Origin: a virus
Strand: one strand, 5' to 3'
Virus record (IMG/VR): IMGVR_UViG_3300031957_002603
Span: 1 to 64,000 of that record
Length of the DNA stretch: 64,000 nucleotides
A model generated the notes under the pieces. It saw only the letters and a program-made list of their open reading frames with translations, had not been told where the DNA came from and did not search any database. Both the position numbers and the translations under genes were made by a program. Of this stretch, positions 7,330 through 15,960 are shown piece after piece; positions within the stretch are counted from its first letter, which is position 1; each line of letters starts with the position of its first letter.

Positions 7330-7938
7330 ATGCCTAACACTACTACCTCACGCCAACTCGCTCGCATCCGTGCACAATATGACGCTCAACAAGCAGCCCT
7401 TAACGCTCGTCGTTATGAAGGTTTGAAGCACCTTATCGAGAGCCCTATCGCTCATTTCTCAGGCGTCCGTCAAGATGTCCTCGTTCAGTTGCGTGCTAAC
7501 CGTGATGCGTTCACCGCTCAAGATGCTGGCCTCAACATGCCCGTGACCACCGTGTCTAACTCACAGTTCTTCTTCCCTCGCAATGCCCCACAGGTTGGCT
7601 CTCTCGTAGAGCATGAACTGTTCGGTCTCGGCATGGTCGAAGGTAAGCCGTTCGCTGCTGCTAACGCTGGTATGGCTCTCGCTGTATTCTTCGACGAGGT
7701 CGACCGCACCGCTATCGTCTTTGCTGATGAACTTGAAATGCTCGATGGTGACTTGGTTGGCGACAGTGCCGACCATGACAGCACCGTTGCTTCAAAGGCT
7801 GCCAAGGCCCGTATCGACGAGGGTCGTGCTCAAGCCGCTGCGCCTAAGTATGATACCGATGTAACCGAGGACGAGGAAGATGCCGACGATGCAGCGTTCG
7901 CCGAGTTCCTTGCAAGCGGCGAGTTCGATGTAGACTAG
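7330..7938 (+). CDS. Protein with PcrA/UvrD C-terminal Tudor-like domain and acidic tail
   Basis: VGSLVEHELFGLGMVEG...LAVFF matches G--V-H--FG-G-V...V-F; tail EDEEDADDAAFAEFLASGEFDVD; ATG 7330 after GGAG. Confidence 0.6.
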   Translation: MPNTTTSRQLARIRAQYDAQQAALNARRYEGLKHLIESPIAHFSGVRQDVLVQLRANRDAFTAQDAGLNMPVTTVSNSQFFFPRNAPQVGSLVEHELFGLGMVEGKPFAAANAGMALAVFFDEVDRTAIVFADELEMLDGDLVGDSADHDSTVASKAAKARIDEGRAQAAAPKYDTDVTEDEEDADDAAFAEFLASGEFDVD

Positions 7939-7964
7939 GTCTACACCCCTTCCCCTTTCATTCA

Positions 7965-7993
7965 GCGGCTGCCTTCGGGTGGCCGTTTGTTTT
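7965..7993 (+). terminator. Rho-independent terminator closing the early region
   Basis: GCGGCTGCC-TTCG-GGTGGCCGT stem with cUUCGg loop followed by TTGTTTT. Confidence 0.8.
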
Positions 7994-8224
7994 ATGCGCT
8001 GTTTGATTTGGCTGTTTGCGTTTGGCTGTTTGGCTGTGGGGGGTGGTCCCCCTCCCCCGGTCCCCCTACTACTCAGGCTAATAGACCGTCGAAATAAGTA
8101 CTTAGAAAGTGCGTTTTCGGCAGGCGGGCCTAATACATTCGCTACACCCCCAGAAAATTTGGGAAATATGACCCTTGTCGTAACACAAAGAGTAACGTTA
8201 CACTATTGTTACGCTAATTATTAT

Positions 8225-8725
8225 ATGAGGCGCACACGATTACTACTTGCTTTTCTGTTGTTTTTAATGGCTTTTGCCCTAAGACCAGCGAATGCAAATA
8301 AAAATAATGAACATTTTGCATGGCGTAAGCCGCCGACGGTTGTTGTGTGCTACCAAGACTTTCCAAATCATTTGTTATATAGAGCAATTGAATTTTGGGA
8401 AATAAGAGGACAGAAAATTGAAGGTATTATTCTTGATGTTCCTAGCGGCATATGTAATGTTGCTCATATTCCGGATACAATCATAATCAGAAGAGCCCCA
8501 AGGGGCAAACTAAATATGGGTCAACTCGCAGTAACCGAAAGGCGTGCCGACACAGAATATAATATGATCAGCAGCGTAATTTGGTTTGATCATCAGCGTT
8601 TAAATGAGCCATGGATTATCGAACATGAAGTTGGCCATGGACTTGGCTTTGCTCATGTAAATAAAAAAAATCATATTATGAATCCGTGGGCACCAAGTAT
8701 GGGTCCAGAATTTTGGATACCCTAA
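8225..8725 (+). CDS. Secreted matrixin-like (M10) zinc metallopeptidase
   Basis: Signal peptide MRRTRLLLAFLLFLMAFALRPANA; HEVGHGLGFAH and IMNP Met-turn. Confidence 0.8.
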   Translation: MRRTRLLLAFLLFLMAFALRPANANKNNEHFAWRKPPTVVVCYQDFPNHLLYRAIEFWEIRGQKIEGIILDVPSGICNVAHIPDTIIIRRAPRGKLNMGQLAVTERRADTEYNMISSVIWFDHQRLNEPWIIEHEVGHGLGFAHVNKKNHIMNPWAPSMGPEFWIP

Positions 8726-8788
8726 AAAATTGCCCAGAAAAATTTTCAGATTTAACCTATTTATGGCTCAACGAAAAAGGAGTAAACT

Positions 8789-9193
8789 ATGTATAATTTT
8801 TTGTATTATAACCAAAAGACTTCCCCTAGGGTTCCTTGGTTCTTTGAGAACTCAAAGGTTCCCGTAATCTTATCGTATTTGGCGCCAATTGACATCTATG
8901 CAATTGCCTTCGGACCTTGGGTCTGGTGTCGTGGCGTGATGGATGAAGAAACGCGCAATCACGAGACGATTCATTATCATCAGCAACTTGAACTCCTGTT
9001 CATCGGGCAATGGATTTTGTATGTGTTTTACTGGCTAAAAGGACTAATTATCTATAGAGACGGCGAGATTGCCTACCGGCAATCGCCCTTTGAGCGGGAA
9101 GCATACGATAACGATCAAAATCTTGATTATTTGAAAACTCGCAAGCCCTACGCATGGAGACATTATCGTGAAGTTGACAACAACCACACTTAA
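8789..9193 (+). CDS. Small zincin-like protein (DUF4157-like)
   Basis: HETIHYHQ...PFEREAY; RBS AAGGAG. Confidence 0.7.
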   Translation: MYNFLYYNQKTSPRVPWFFENSKVPVILSYLAPIDIYAIAFGPWVWCRGVMDEETRNHETIHYHQQLELLFIGQWILYVFYWLKGLIIYRDGEIAYRQSPFEREAYDNDQNLDYLKTRKPYAWRHYREVDNNHT

Positions 9194-9635
9194 GCAAATC
9201 ATTAAAGAGGAATTGGCCAAAGTCATGGCCGAGTATAGAACTCTTCCTCAATTTCCCGAAGGCTTTCCGGAAGACTTTCAAGCAAAGATTCATAGCCTTA
9301 TAAATTCTGGTGACGAACAAAACATTGAAATGGCGCGTTCCTTGATGGATTCATTTGGTGAAGCAGATTATGTCGACAGTTATATTGACTATCAAGAGGT
9401 CGGCACGTCCGAAAAGTTTGGCAATAGAGCCAGAGATTTGAATAAGTCAGTAAGTTTTGATGATGAAATGCTAGCAAAGATTAAATATATAAGAAAGAAA
9501 AGAGATTTAGACGCCGAAGTTAAAGAAAAACTTAAAGCAATTGCTGCTCGAACCGGCGAAAATTATGAAGATTTGTATGATCGCTATCTTGACAATCAAT
9601 TTCATAACGTATCGAATAATTTTTCGGAAGAATAA
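9168..9635 (+). CDS. Putative virion-internal protein with IIKEE leader
   Basis: MKLTTTTLKQIIKEELAKVMAE. Confidence 0.7.
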   Translation: MKLTTTTLKQIIKEELAKVMAEYRTLPQFPEGFPEDFQAKIHSLINSGDEQNIEMARSLMDSFGEADYVDSYIDYQEVGTSEKFGNRARDLNKSVSFDDEMLAKIKYIRKKRDLDAEVKEKLKAIAARTGENYEDLYDRYLDNQFHNVSNNFSEE

Positions 9636-10606
9636 TGAAATTATCAACCAATCAACTTAGCCGCATTGTACAAGAAGAAATAGACAAATTTTTGGCGGAA
9701 ATGTCTAAAGAAGAGGAAAAATTTTTTGGTGATGAAATCAAGGCGCTGGTGGATAATCCCGACGAACTGTATTATGTCAAGAATGTTAAACCTCGCAACC
9801 CTTATGTTGATCTCGAAGAGAAACAGTTCCTAAACCGTCGATGGATTGAAGAGAATGTCGGAAAGTATCTGGGAGGTGGCTCGTTCCGTGATGCTTATCA
9901 AATTAAGTCGCATCCCGACAAGATTCTAAAAATCTCAAATCGTTATCTTCAGCATGACCCGCTGGATGGGCAAGAGTATACAACCATTGCTGAAGAAACT
10001 AACATGCTCGAGATTGAAATGTTCAACAAGTATCCGGGTTACTTTCCCAAGGTTTATATCTCTGACAAAGAAAAGCAGGGAATTCCTCGATGGCTTGTTA
10101 TTGAAAAGGTCGAGGTTATTGAATATCAATCTGAATTTATTCGGCAACTTGTTCGCTCATTTAAATCAATTCCAAAATCTTATAATCTTATGAATAACCT
10201 TATCGCCGAGTATTTGCCAAGTACCTCGGCAGACTTTCCTCCTGCTTCTGGGACTGGTCGTGAAATTGATGCTGAGCAATGGGCATATACTTCATGGATT
10301 GCTGTTGGGTATAATGAGCCTGAGAGATTGAAAGACATTCTAAAAGACCTTCCAGTATGGGATGAGAAATATGGCGACGTCCTCAAACGAGATGTTGATC
10401 AGGTTATTGATGAGGAAATTCTTTTGGATGAAGCAGTCAAGCAAGTTTGGAAAGTTTTGACCTCCGACCAATATCTTGTTAAGTTTTGGGACATGGTGAA
10501 TACTCTCAACATTGAATATAACGAACTTCGTGAGGGAAATGTTGGAACAGATATCGAAACTCGCACCAAGTTCCTAATTATTGATATATCGATATTTGAT
10601 GATTAA
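9635..10606 (+). CDS. Protein-kinase-like fold protein with IVQEE leader
   Basis: G-loop LGGGSFRDAY, KILKI, alphaC-like Glu, ELREGN catalytic-loop-like, IIDIS. Confidence 0.65.
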   Translation: MKLSTNQLSRIVQEEIDKFLAEMSKEEEKFFGDEIKALVDNPDELYYVKNVKPRNPYVDLEEKQFLNRRWIEENVGKYLGGGSFRDAYQIKSHPDKILKISNRYLQHDPLDGQEYTTIAEETNMLEIEMFNKYPGYFPKVYISDKEKQGIPRWLVIEKVEVIEYQSEFIRQLVRSFKSIPKSYNLMNNLIAEYLPSTSADFPPASGTGREIDAEQWAYTSWIAVGYNEPERLKDILKDLPVWDEKYGDVLKRDVDQVIDEEILLDEAVKQVWKVLTSDQYLVKFWDMVNTLNIEYNELREGNVGTDIETRTKFLIIDISIFDD

Positions 10607-10608
10607 CC

Positions 10609-12204
10609 ATGATTAAAGTAAAAATAAAAAAATCTCTTGCGGAAGGCGGAAATGTATTCGCTGGTAAAACTGCTTCTATTCCTCTTGAGTTTATCCAACC
10701 AACGCTTGACAGATATTATGAAGAACTTGATCGTTTGTTCCCACAACACTCGGACAAGTTTAGGAACTTTCAGCCGCTTGGGTCCGTTGGCAAGAAAGCA
10801 AAATCTGGTGACATTGATCTTGCCGTCAATGTTCGTGAAATGTTCCCAGACGGCGAAGTGAACCCAGAGGACCTTGAATCTTGGGGACTTTCTCCAGACA
10901 AGTGGAATGAAAAACTTGAAAAATTAATTAAAAGAGCAAGAACCTCGACCAAAGGAGAACTTGGGTGGAAGGCTTTCTTGCAATTGCTCGCAGAATATAT
11001 AAATGAGAACTCTGACCTTATTGAGGCAGATCTTAAAAAGATTAAGCCCGGTGCAATGTTTTCTTTGTTCCCTCAATTCAACCCCGAAGGTGAACAGCAA
11101 GATGTCGGTGTCCAGATTGACTGGATGGTTGGCAATGTTGATTGGCTTACCTTTTCTTATTTCTCTGATGCTCCATCAGAAGATGAGCCACTTCTCAAAG
11201 GACTTCATCGTACACAATTGATTCATGCTCTTATATTAGCAATGGACCATTCATTCTCTCATACAGCGGGCGTGAAGAATAAAAAGACAGGCGAAACAGT
11301 TGCTTTCTCAAAAGATGAAATTCTTGACCTTTTGTCTCGCCTATATCGTAACACCATAACAATTGATGATACGCAAAACTTCAACACGCTATATGACTGG
11401 ATGAGTAACATCGATGAGGCGGACCGTAACAAAGCGTTACGCGCTTACCTTAAGATTCTCGACACAACCCGAGGCAATAAAGACCTCGATGGTGAACGCT
11501 GTGGATATATACCCAGAGCGCTTGAGGAAATGTACCTCTCTTTGTTGAAAAATGGACAAATGAGCGGAAGATTTTTATGCAAAGAGGCTAACCCTACCCT
11601 ATGGGCTGCTAAGAATGGTTCTCTCCAAGAATCGCCAAATAACAATGAAAAAATTACCGTTGTGATACCCGGTGGTTTTAAACCTCCACATCGAGGTCAT
11701 GTTGAGATGATTAACCACTTTGCGAATCTCCCCAATGTTGATGAGGTTATTGTCTTCACTGGCTCAAAAGAAAGAGAATCAACCGATGGTTCTATCGTTG
11801 TAACTGCTGAGAAAGCAAGAAAATTATTTAATTTGTTTGACCTCGCTTCGAATGTTAGATTTGGCGTTGTTGCTCAGAGACCAAAGAAAGACGGAAGCAC
11901 ATATGAGAATCCATTCATGGATGCTGTTGGTGTTCTGTTTGATGAAAAGTATGCTGGAAAGAATGTTGCGATTGGTCACCCAACAAAAGATCCAACATAT
12001 GGCGATCGATTTGCTAAAATTGCATCCTATTCGAAGAAGCCGATGGCGGCGAATCTTGTCAAGGTAACACCGGCGGATACAACAGATGGCTTGTCTGCTA
12101 CAGATCTTCGCAATGCTGTACAAAGTGGCGATACAGACGAACTAAAAAGGTTCATCCCAGATGCAATTGCGAAAGATTATTTAAATATTTTATTAAAAAA
12201 ATAA
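10609..12204 (+). CDS. Pol-beta-superfamily nucleotidyltransferase fused to HIGH-class (cytidylyl/NMN adenylyl) transferase
   Basis: GSVGKKAKSGDIDL + VQID; PGGFKPPHRGH and LSATDLR. Confidence 0.8.
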   Translation: MIKVKIKKSLAEGGNVFAGKTASIPLEFIQPTLDRYYEELDRLFPQHSDKFRNFQPLGSVGKKAKSGDIDLAVNVREMFPDGEVNPEDLESWGLSPDKWNEKLEKLIKRARTSTKGELGWKAFLQLLAEYINENSDLIEADLKKIKPGAMFSLFPQFNPEGEQQDVGVQIDWMVGNVDWLTFSYFSDAPSEDEPLLKGLHRTQLIHALILAMDHSFSHTAGVKNKKTGETVAFSKDEILDLLSRLYRNTITIDDTQNFNTLYDWMSNIDEADRNKALRAYLKILDTTRGNKDLDGERCGYIPRALEEMYLSLLKNGQMSGRFLCKEANPTLWAAKNGSLQESPNNNEKITVVIPGGFKPPHRGHVEMINHFANLPNVDEVIVFTGSKERESTDGSIVVTAEKARKLFNLFDLASNVRFGVVAQRPKKDGSTYENPFMDAVGVLFDEKYAGKNVAIGHPTKDPTYGDRFAKIASYSKKPMAANLVKVTPADTTDGLSATDLRNAVQSGDTDELKRFIPDAIAKDYLNILLKK

Positions 12205-12213
12205 CTTTTTTTC

Positions 12214-12242
12214 TTGACAAACGGCATAAAACATGTTATATT
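12214..12242 (+). promoter_or_regulatory. sigma70-type promoter with extended -10
   Basis: TTGACA 12214-12219, N17, TGT-TATATT ending 12242. Confidence 0.85.
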
Positions 12243-12248
12243 ATATAT

Positions 12249-12346
12249 ATAATATGATTTGGTGTTGCGATCTCCTTAATCGCTGTGTTTGTTTGTGTTG
12301 ACCTCCTTGCCCTCCTGCGATCTAGTTATTGCAGGAGGGTTTTTTT
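12249..12346 (+). ncRNA. Candidate small RNA with anti-Shine-Dalgarno motifs
   Basis: Lies between a consensus promoter and a terminator; hairpin GCGAT-CTCCTTA-ATCGC; second motif GACCTCCTTG. Confidence 0.6.
12310..12346 (+). terminator. Rho-independent terminator whose 3' arm carries the RBS of the next gene
   Basis: CCCTCCTGCGAT/ATTGCAGGAGGG stem followed by a T-run. Confidence 0.8.
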
Positions 12347-13318
12347 ATGTTATTCTTTATCCTGTTCTTTTTATCTTGTCTTAGCGACAATTATATCGTT
12401 CACGAAGTTGAGAAAATTAAATACGAAACGATCACGGAAACTGAAGTTGTTTATGTCGAGGACACGGCTCCTCCACCGCAAGATACATCGTTAGATTTAT
12501 TGCCAATCTGGGTTGATTCGTTCACACAACCGAACTCGATGAATGGAATTGACATTCTTTGGGTCATTGATCGTTCTGGTTCAATGCATGATGAGGCACC
12601 TCAGATCCTAACTGGGATTGAAACAATGATAGCAGCACTCCCAGCCTCCGACTGGCGGCTTGTAATGATTAATATTAGTTCAAATGTATCTGCAATTAGT
12701 CAAGTATTTCCACTTATACCGGGTGACGGGCTCACAGAGGCTTGGAATATGTATAATGGTTTGGGTAATTCTTTTAAAGAAGAAGGTTTTAATGCTGTTT
12801 TTTCATATATGGCTGATAATTCCTATTCACAAACTTGGATGAGAGAAGATGCATCTTTATTAATTGTTTTTGTCTCCGATGAAGACGAGCAAAGTACTAA
12901 TAGATACCCAACGACAACAACATTTATCAACTGGATCAGCATGCAGAGGTCAGATTACCATATAACCTCGATTGTTCACTATGAAGTTCCGCTGTCACAA
13001 TGCAATAATAATACAACTGCGGTTGGTGATCGCTATCTCGAGGCGGTTGATTTGACCGGTGGAACTAAAATAGACATTTGTACAGACGATTGGACGGCAG
13101 GAATCAGTGAAGCACTTAATCAAGTTGAGCCATATGAGTACTATGATCTATCAAAGCGAGTTAAATACCCTCAATACTTACAAGTTTTCTACGATGGGAG
13201 ACCTGCACACCCCGACGAATGGCGCTACGATGCAGCAAATAATCGTGTTTACTTTGGACCTTTGCCAGATGGTGGTGTTTTGGTTGAGATTGCCTACTAT
13301 TATCAACCAACTCACTAA
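12347..13318 (+). CDS. VWA-domain lipoprotein
   Basis: MLFFILFFLSC lipobox-like; DILWVIDRSGSM MIDAS; VSDEDEQS. Confidence 0.8.
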   Translation: MLFFILFFLSCLSDNYIVHEVEKIKYETITETEVVYVEDTAPPPQDTSLDLLPIWVDSFTQPNSMNGIDILWVIDRSGSMHDEAPQILTGIETMIAALPASDWRLVMINISSNVSAISQVFPLIPGDGLTEAWNMYNGLGNSFKEEGFNAVFSYMADNSYSQTWMREDASLLIVFVSDEDEQSTNRYPTTTTFINWISMQRSDYHITSIVHYEVPLSQCNNNTTAVGDRYLEAVDLTGGTKIDICTDDWTAGISEALNQVEPYEYYDLSKRVKYPQYLQVFYDGRPAHPDEWRYDAANNRVYFGPLPDGGVLVEIAYYYQPTH

Positions 13319-13335
13319 TTATTGGGGAGAAAATC

Positions 13336-13641
13336 ATGGCAAAAAAAATAAAAGTTCGCATTCTCAAACAAATTGACGAAAAAAAGAAAGATTGTTTTAA
13401 AAATAAGACTTTTGATAGCAAAGTAAAATGTATTATAAAACAAAAAAACCTTTCAAAAGAAAAATCTAGTGCTTATGTTGCCTCTGTTTTAAGAGATAAA
13501 GGCGAGTTAGATGAAGAGTGGTCTAAGTCTGAAAGAAATAAAAGAAAATCAAAATGTGATAACCCAAAAGGGTTCACAATGAAGCAATTTTGCAAAAACC
13601 AGCGTACTAAGTCCAAAAAAAATGAAAAGAAAAATGAATAA
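13336..13641 (+). CDS. Small basic two-module protein (putative virion-internal)
   Basis: KIKVRILKQIDE leader; LDEEWS...CDNPKGFTMKQFC module. Confidence 0.65.
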   Translation: MAKKIKVRILKQIDEKKKDCFKNKTFDSKVKCIIKQKNLSKEKSSAYVASVLRDKGELDEEWSKSERNKRKSKCDNPKGFTMKQFCKNQRTKSKKNEKKNE

Positions 13642-13672
13642 TATTGTCTAAAATCGTTACAAAGGAACTAAA

Positions 13673-15403
13673 ATGATTAAAATTCGCATACTCAATGAAA
13701 ATATTGTTACAGAACAGCAAGAAAAAATCACTCTTGATGAAGCAATAGACTTTTATGACAATAATATCAACACATTTGTCGCCATGGCTAATGGTGAACA
13801 GCAAAAAGACCCACAATTGTGGAAGAAATTCGAAAGAATAGCATCAGATTGTTATAATACTCTACAAAAAGGCTATGATGAGATCAAGAAATGGTCAAAT
13901 AATCAAGATCCTCGAGCCATTTCCTATGTAGAAAGGTTAGGTTCATTTTTTAAGAAATTTACATCGTTCTTGAAAGGCGAAGAAGTCAAAAATTCTGAAC
14001 TTGTAAGCGTACCAATTATGCAAAAAAGTTCTTTTATTATTCCAAAAAACGGTGATGGTCTATCAGACGAAGAATTGAAAAAAGTTTTTTATGTACTTGA
14101 GAGTTATACAAAGTGGTATGAGAATCTCAAAGGCAAATTAGGCTCTTGGTCTCAAAGAAATCTCCCAACCATGAGAAAAATGATGGGATTACGAGAAGGG
14201 TTCATTACAGAACAAGAGAAAATCACGCTCAGTCAGATCGTTGGAGAGAATTCAGTCATATCTTTTGACTTTGACAACACATTAGTGAAGTCATATCCTG
14301 ATTTTGACGACGATGGTGAACTAATTTACATCAATGGGGGCTCAAATGCAACCATGATTAACCTTATGAAGCATTTAATTGATGATCCAAGCAAAAAAGT
14401 TTACCTTGTGACCTCAAGAAATGAAGAAATGGAGCAAAAAACACCTGAACAATCAATAAAAGCACAACTTGATAGGCTCGGAGTGCAGCCAGATGGTATA
14501 TATTTCACTAATTCTCAGCCAAAAGTCACAAAATTGAAGGAATTAGGGGTCGAAATACACTTTGATGACGACAGAATGGAGCACGGAGATATTCAAGGCA
14601 GTGGAATTCAATCATTTTACCCTGATGATTTCCTCGAAGACACCAATCAGGTGTCAAAAGTAGTCGCTGTGACGCTTGATAACAAGGTATTGGTATTAAA
14701 AAGAGCAGATACAGGCGAAATTGACATACCGGGTGGTCATGGAAAGAGCGGAGAGACACCTGAATTTACTGCAATTAGAGAAACTTTAGAAGAAACTGGT
14801 CTTGATTTGTTCGGAATTAAAGAAATTATGTCTAAAGAAGTTAATTTTAAAGGTAGAAATGAACAAATTACTTATTTTTATGCTAAATTGAACAACACTT
14901 CAGAGATGCTAATGGACGATGTCGACCTAGATACCCATGAGAACACAGAATTTTACTTCGTTCAGCCTCAAAATATTGATGAATACATGTCAAATGCGAC
15001 AAATAATTTAAAAAATGTCTCAAATGAGATTAAATCATTGACAATTGATGAACATACAGAACCTTTTCAACGAAAAATGGCCGCAAAACACCGAAAATAC
15101 ATGAACCAAATGTTTAAAAGTGGCGGTTTTAAGAAAAAAATGGGTCCATATAACCAAAATCCGCCAATGGGACGCTCAAAATCGGCTCCACCGGGTTTTG
15201 GAGCAATTGGTGAGGCAAAAAAACAAGAAAAAACGTCTATTAAAGTCAAAATTAACCAAAATCTAGACGAAAAACGCAAAAAGAAGCGAAAAAAGCGCAA
15301 AAAACGCAAAAAAACAGCAAAATATGGCGGTTATTACCCCTATTTTGACCTTTATGACGGCTCCGGAGGCGATGCAGGTGGAGATGGAGGCGGCGGTGAG
15401 TGA
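13673..15403 (+). CDS. Multidomain protein: HAD-like phosphatase + Nudix hydrolase + basic tail
   Basis: SFDFDNTL, VTSR, HFDDD; Nudix box PGGHGKSGETPEFTAIRETLEETGL. Confidence 0.85.
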   Translation: MIKIRILNENIVTEQQEKITLDEAIDFYDNNINTFVAMANGEQQKDPQLWKKFERIASDCYNTLQKGYDEIKKWSNNQDPRAISYVERLGSFFKKFTSFLKGEEVKNSELVSVPIMQKSSFIIPKNGDGLSDEELKKVFYVLESYTKWYENLKGKLGSWSQRNLPTMRKMMGLREGFITEQEKITLSQIVGENSVISFDFDNTLVKSYPDFDDDGELIYINGGSNATMINLMKHLIDDPSKKVYLVTSRNEEMEQKTPEQSIKAQLDRLGVQPDGIYFTNSQPKVTKLKELGVEIHFDDDRMEHGDIQGSGIQSFYPDDFLEDTNQVSKVVAVTLDNKVLVLKRADTGEIDIPGGHGKSGETPEFTAIRETLEETGLDLFGIKEIMSKEVNFKGRNEQITYFYAKLNNTSEMLMDDVDLDTHENTEFYFVQPQNIDEYMSNATNNLKNVSNEIKSLTIDEHTEPFQRKMAAKHRKYMNQMFKSGGFKKKMGPYNQNPPMGRSKSAPPGFGAIGEAKKQEKTSIKVKINQNLDEKRKKKRKKRKKRKKTAKYGGYYPYFDLYDGSGGDAGGDGGGGE

Positions 15404-15409
15404 TAAATC

Positions 15410-15553
15410 ATGCCGTTTTTAATCAAAAATAGCCTCTATTTAGTCGTTTTTGGACTCCTTTGGCTACTTATCTATGTAACCCTAGGCTTTGAAACGACCT
15501 TAATTTTATTGCTTATTATGGCTAATTTTACCCTTATTTGGAGAAAACAATGA
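15410..15553 (+). CDS. 47 aa membrane peptide (not in ORF track)
   Basis: MPFLIKNSLYLVVFGLLWLLIYVTLGFETTLILLLIMANFTLIWRKQ; ATGA overlap with next gene. Confidence 0.55.
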   Translation: MPFLIKNSLYLVVFGLLWLLIYVTLGFETTLILLLIMANFTLIWRKQ

Positions 15554-15933
15554 AAATCAGCAAAAAAAGAATCCTCGAGATCATTAAAGAAGAACTTCAA
15601 GAAGGTCATATGATGGATTATGGCCCTGAACATGATAAATATTTTGATTATACTGATGATGAAGGCGGAATGGCTAAGAGACAATTGTACAAAACAGCAA
15701 AATATGCTATGATGCTACATGATTCACTTCAAGATGAGGATCAACTTGAAGGTTGGGTGCAATCAAAGATCACAAAAGCAGCAGATTATATGGGAACTGT
15801 TGCTCATTACCTAGAATATGAGATGGGGATGGAAATGTATGATCCAGAAACGGAATCAGAAGAAGAAATGGATTCAGAAGAAGAAATAGAAGTTGTCACT
15901 GGTGACATGATTCCAATGGATGAAGAATACTGA
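15550..15933 (+). CDS. Putative virion-internal protein with IIKEE leader
   Basis: MKISKKRILEIIKEELQE; EGGMAKRQL...WVQSKITKAADY module. Confidence 0.75.
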   Translation: MKISKKRILEIIKEELQEGHMMDYGPEHDKYFDYTDDEGGMAKRQLYKTAKYAMMLHDSLQDEDQLEGWVQSKITKAADYMGTVAHYLEYEMGMEMYDPETESEEEMDSEEEIEVVTGDMIPMDEEY

Positions 15934-15960
15934 CCAGAAAGAGGATACTAGCAGGTTGCT

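Noticed and set aside
7979-8224. N-terminal extension of the matrixin ORF
   Set aside because: Begins inside a terminator and runs through low-complexity DNA; the signal peptide starts at 8225
12260-12310. 16S rRNA fragment, or minus-strand CsrA-sponge RNA (GGA loops)
   Set aside because: Similarity is limited to the anti-SD words; promoter and T-tail orientation favour the + strand, though a minus transcript is not strictly excluded
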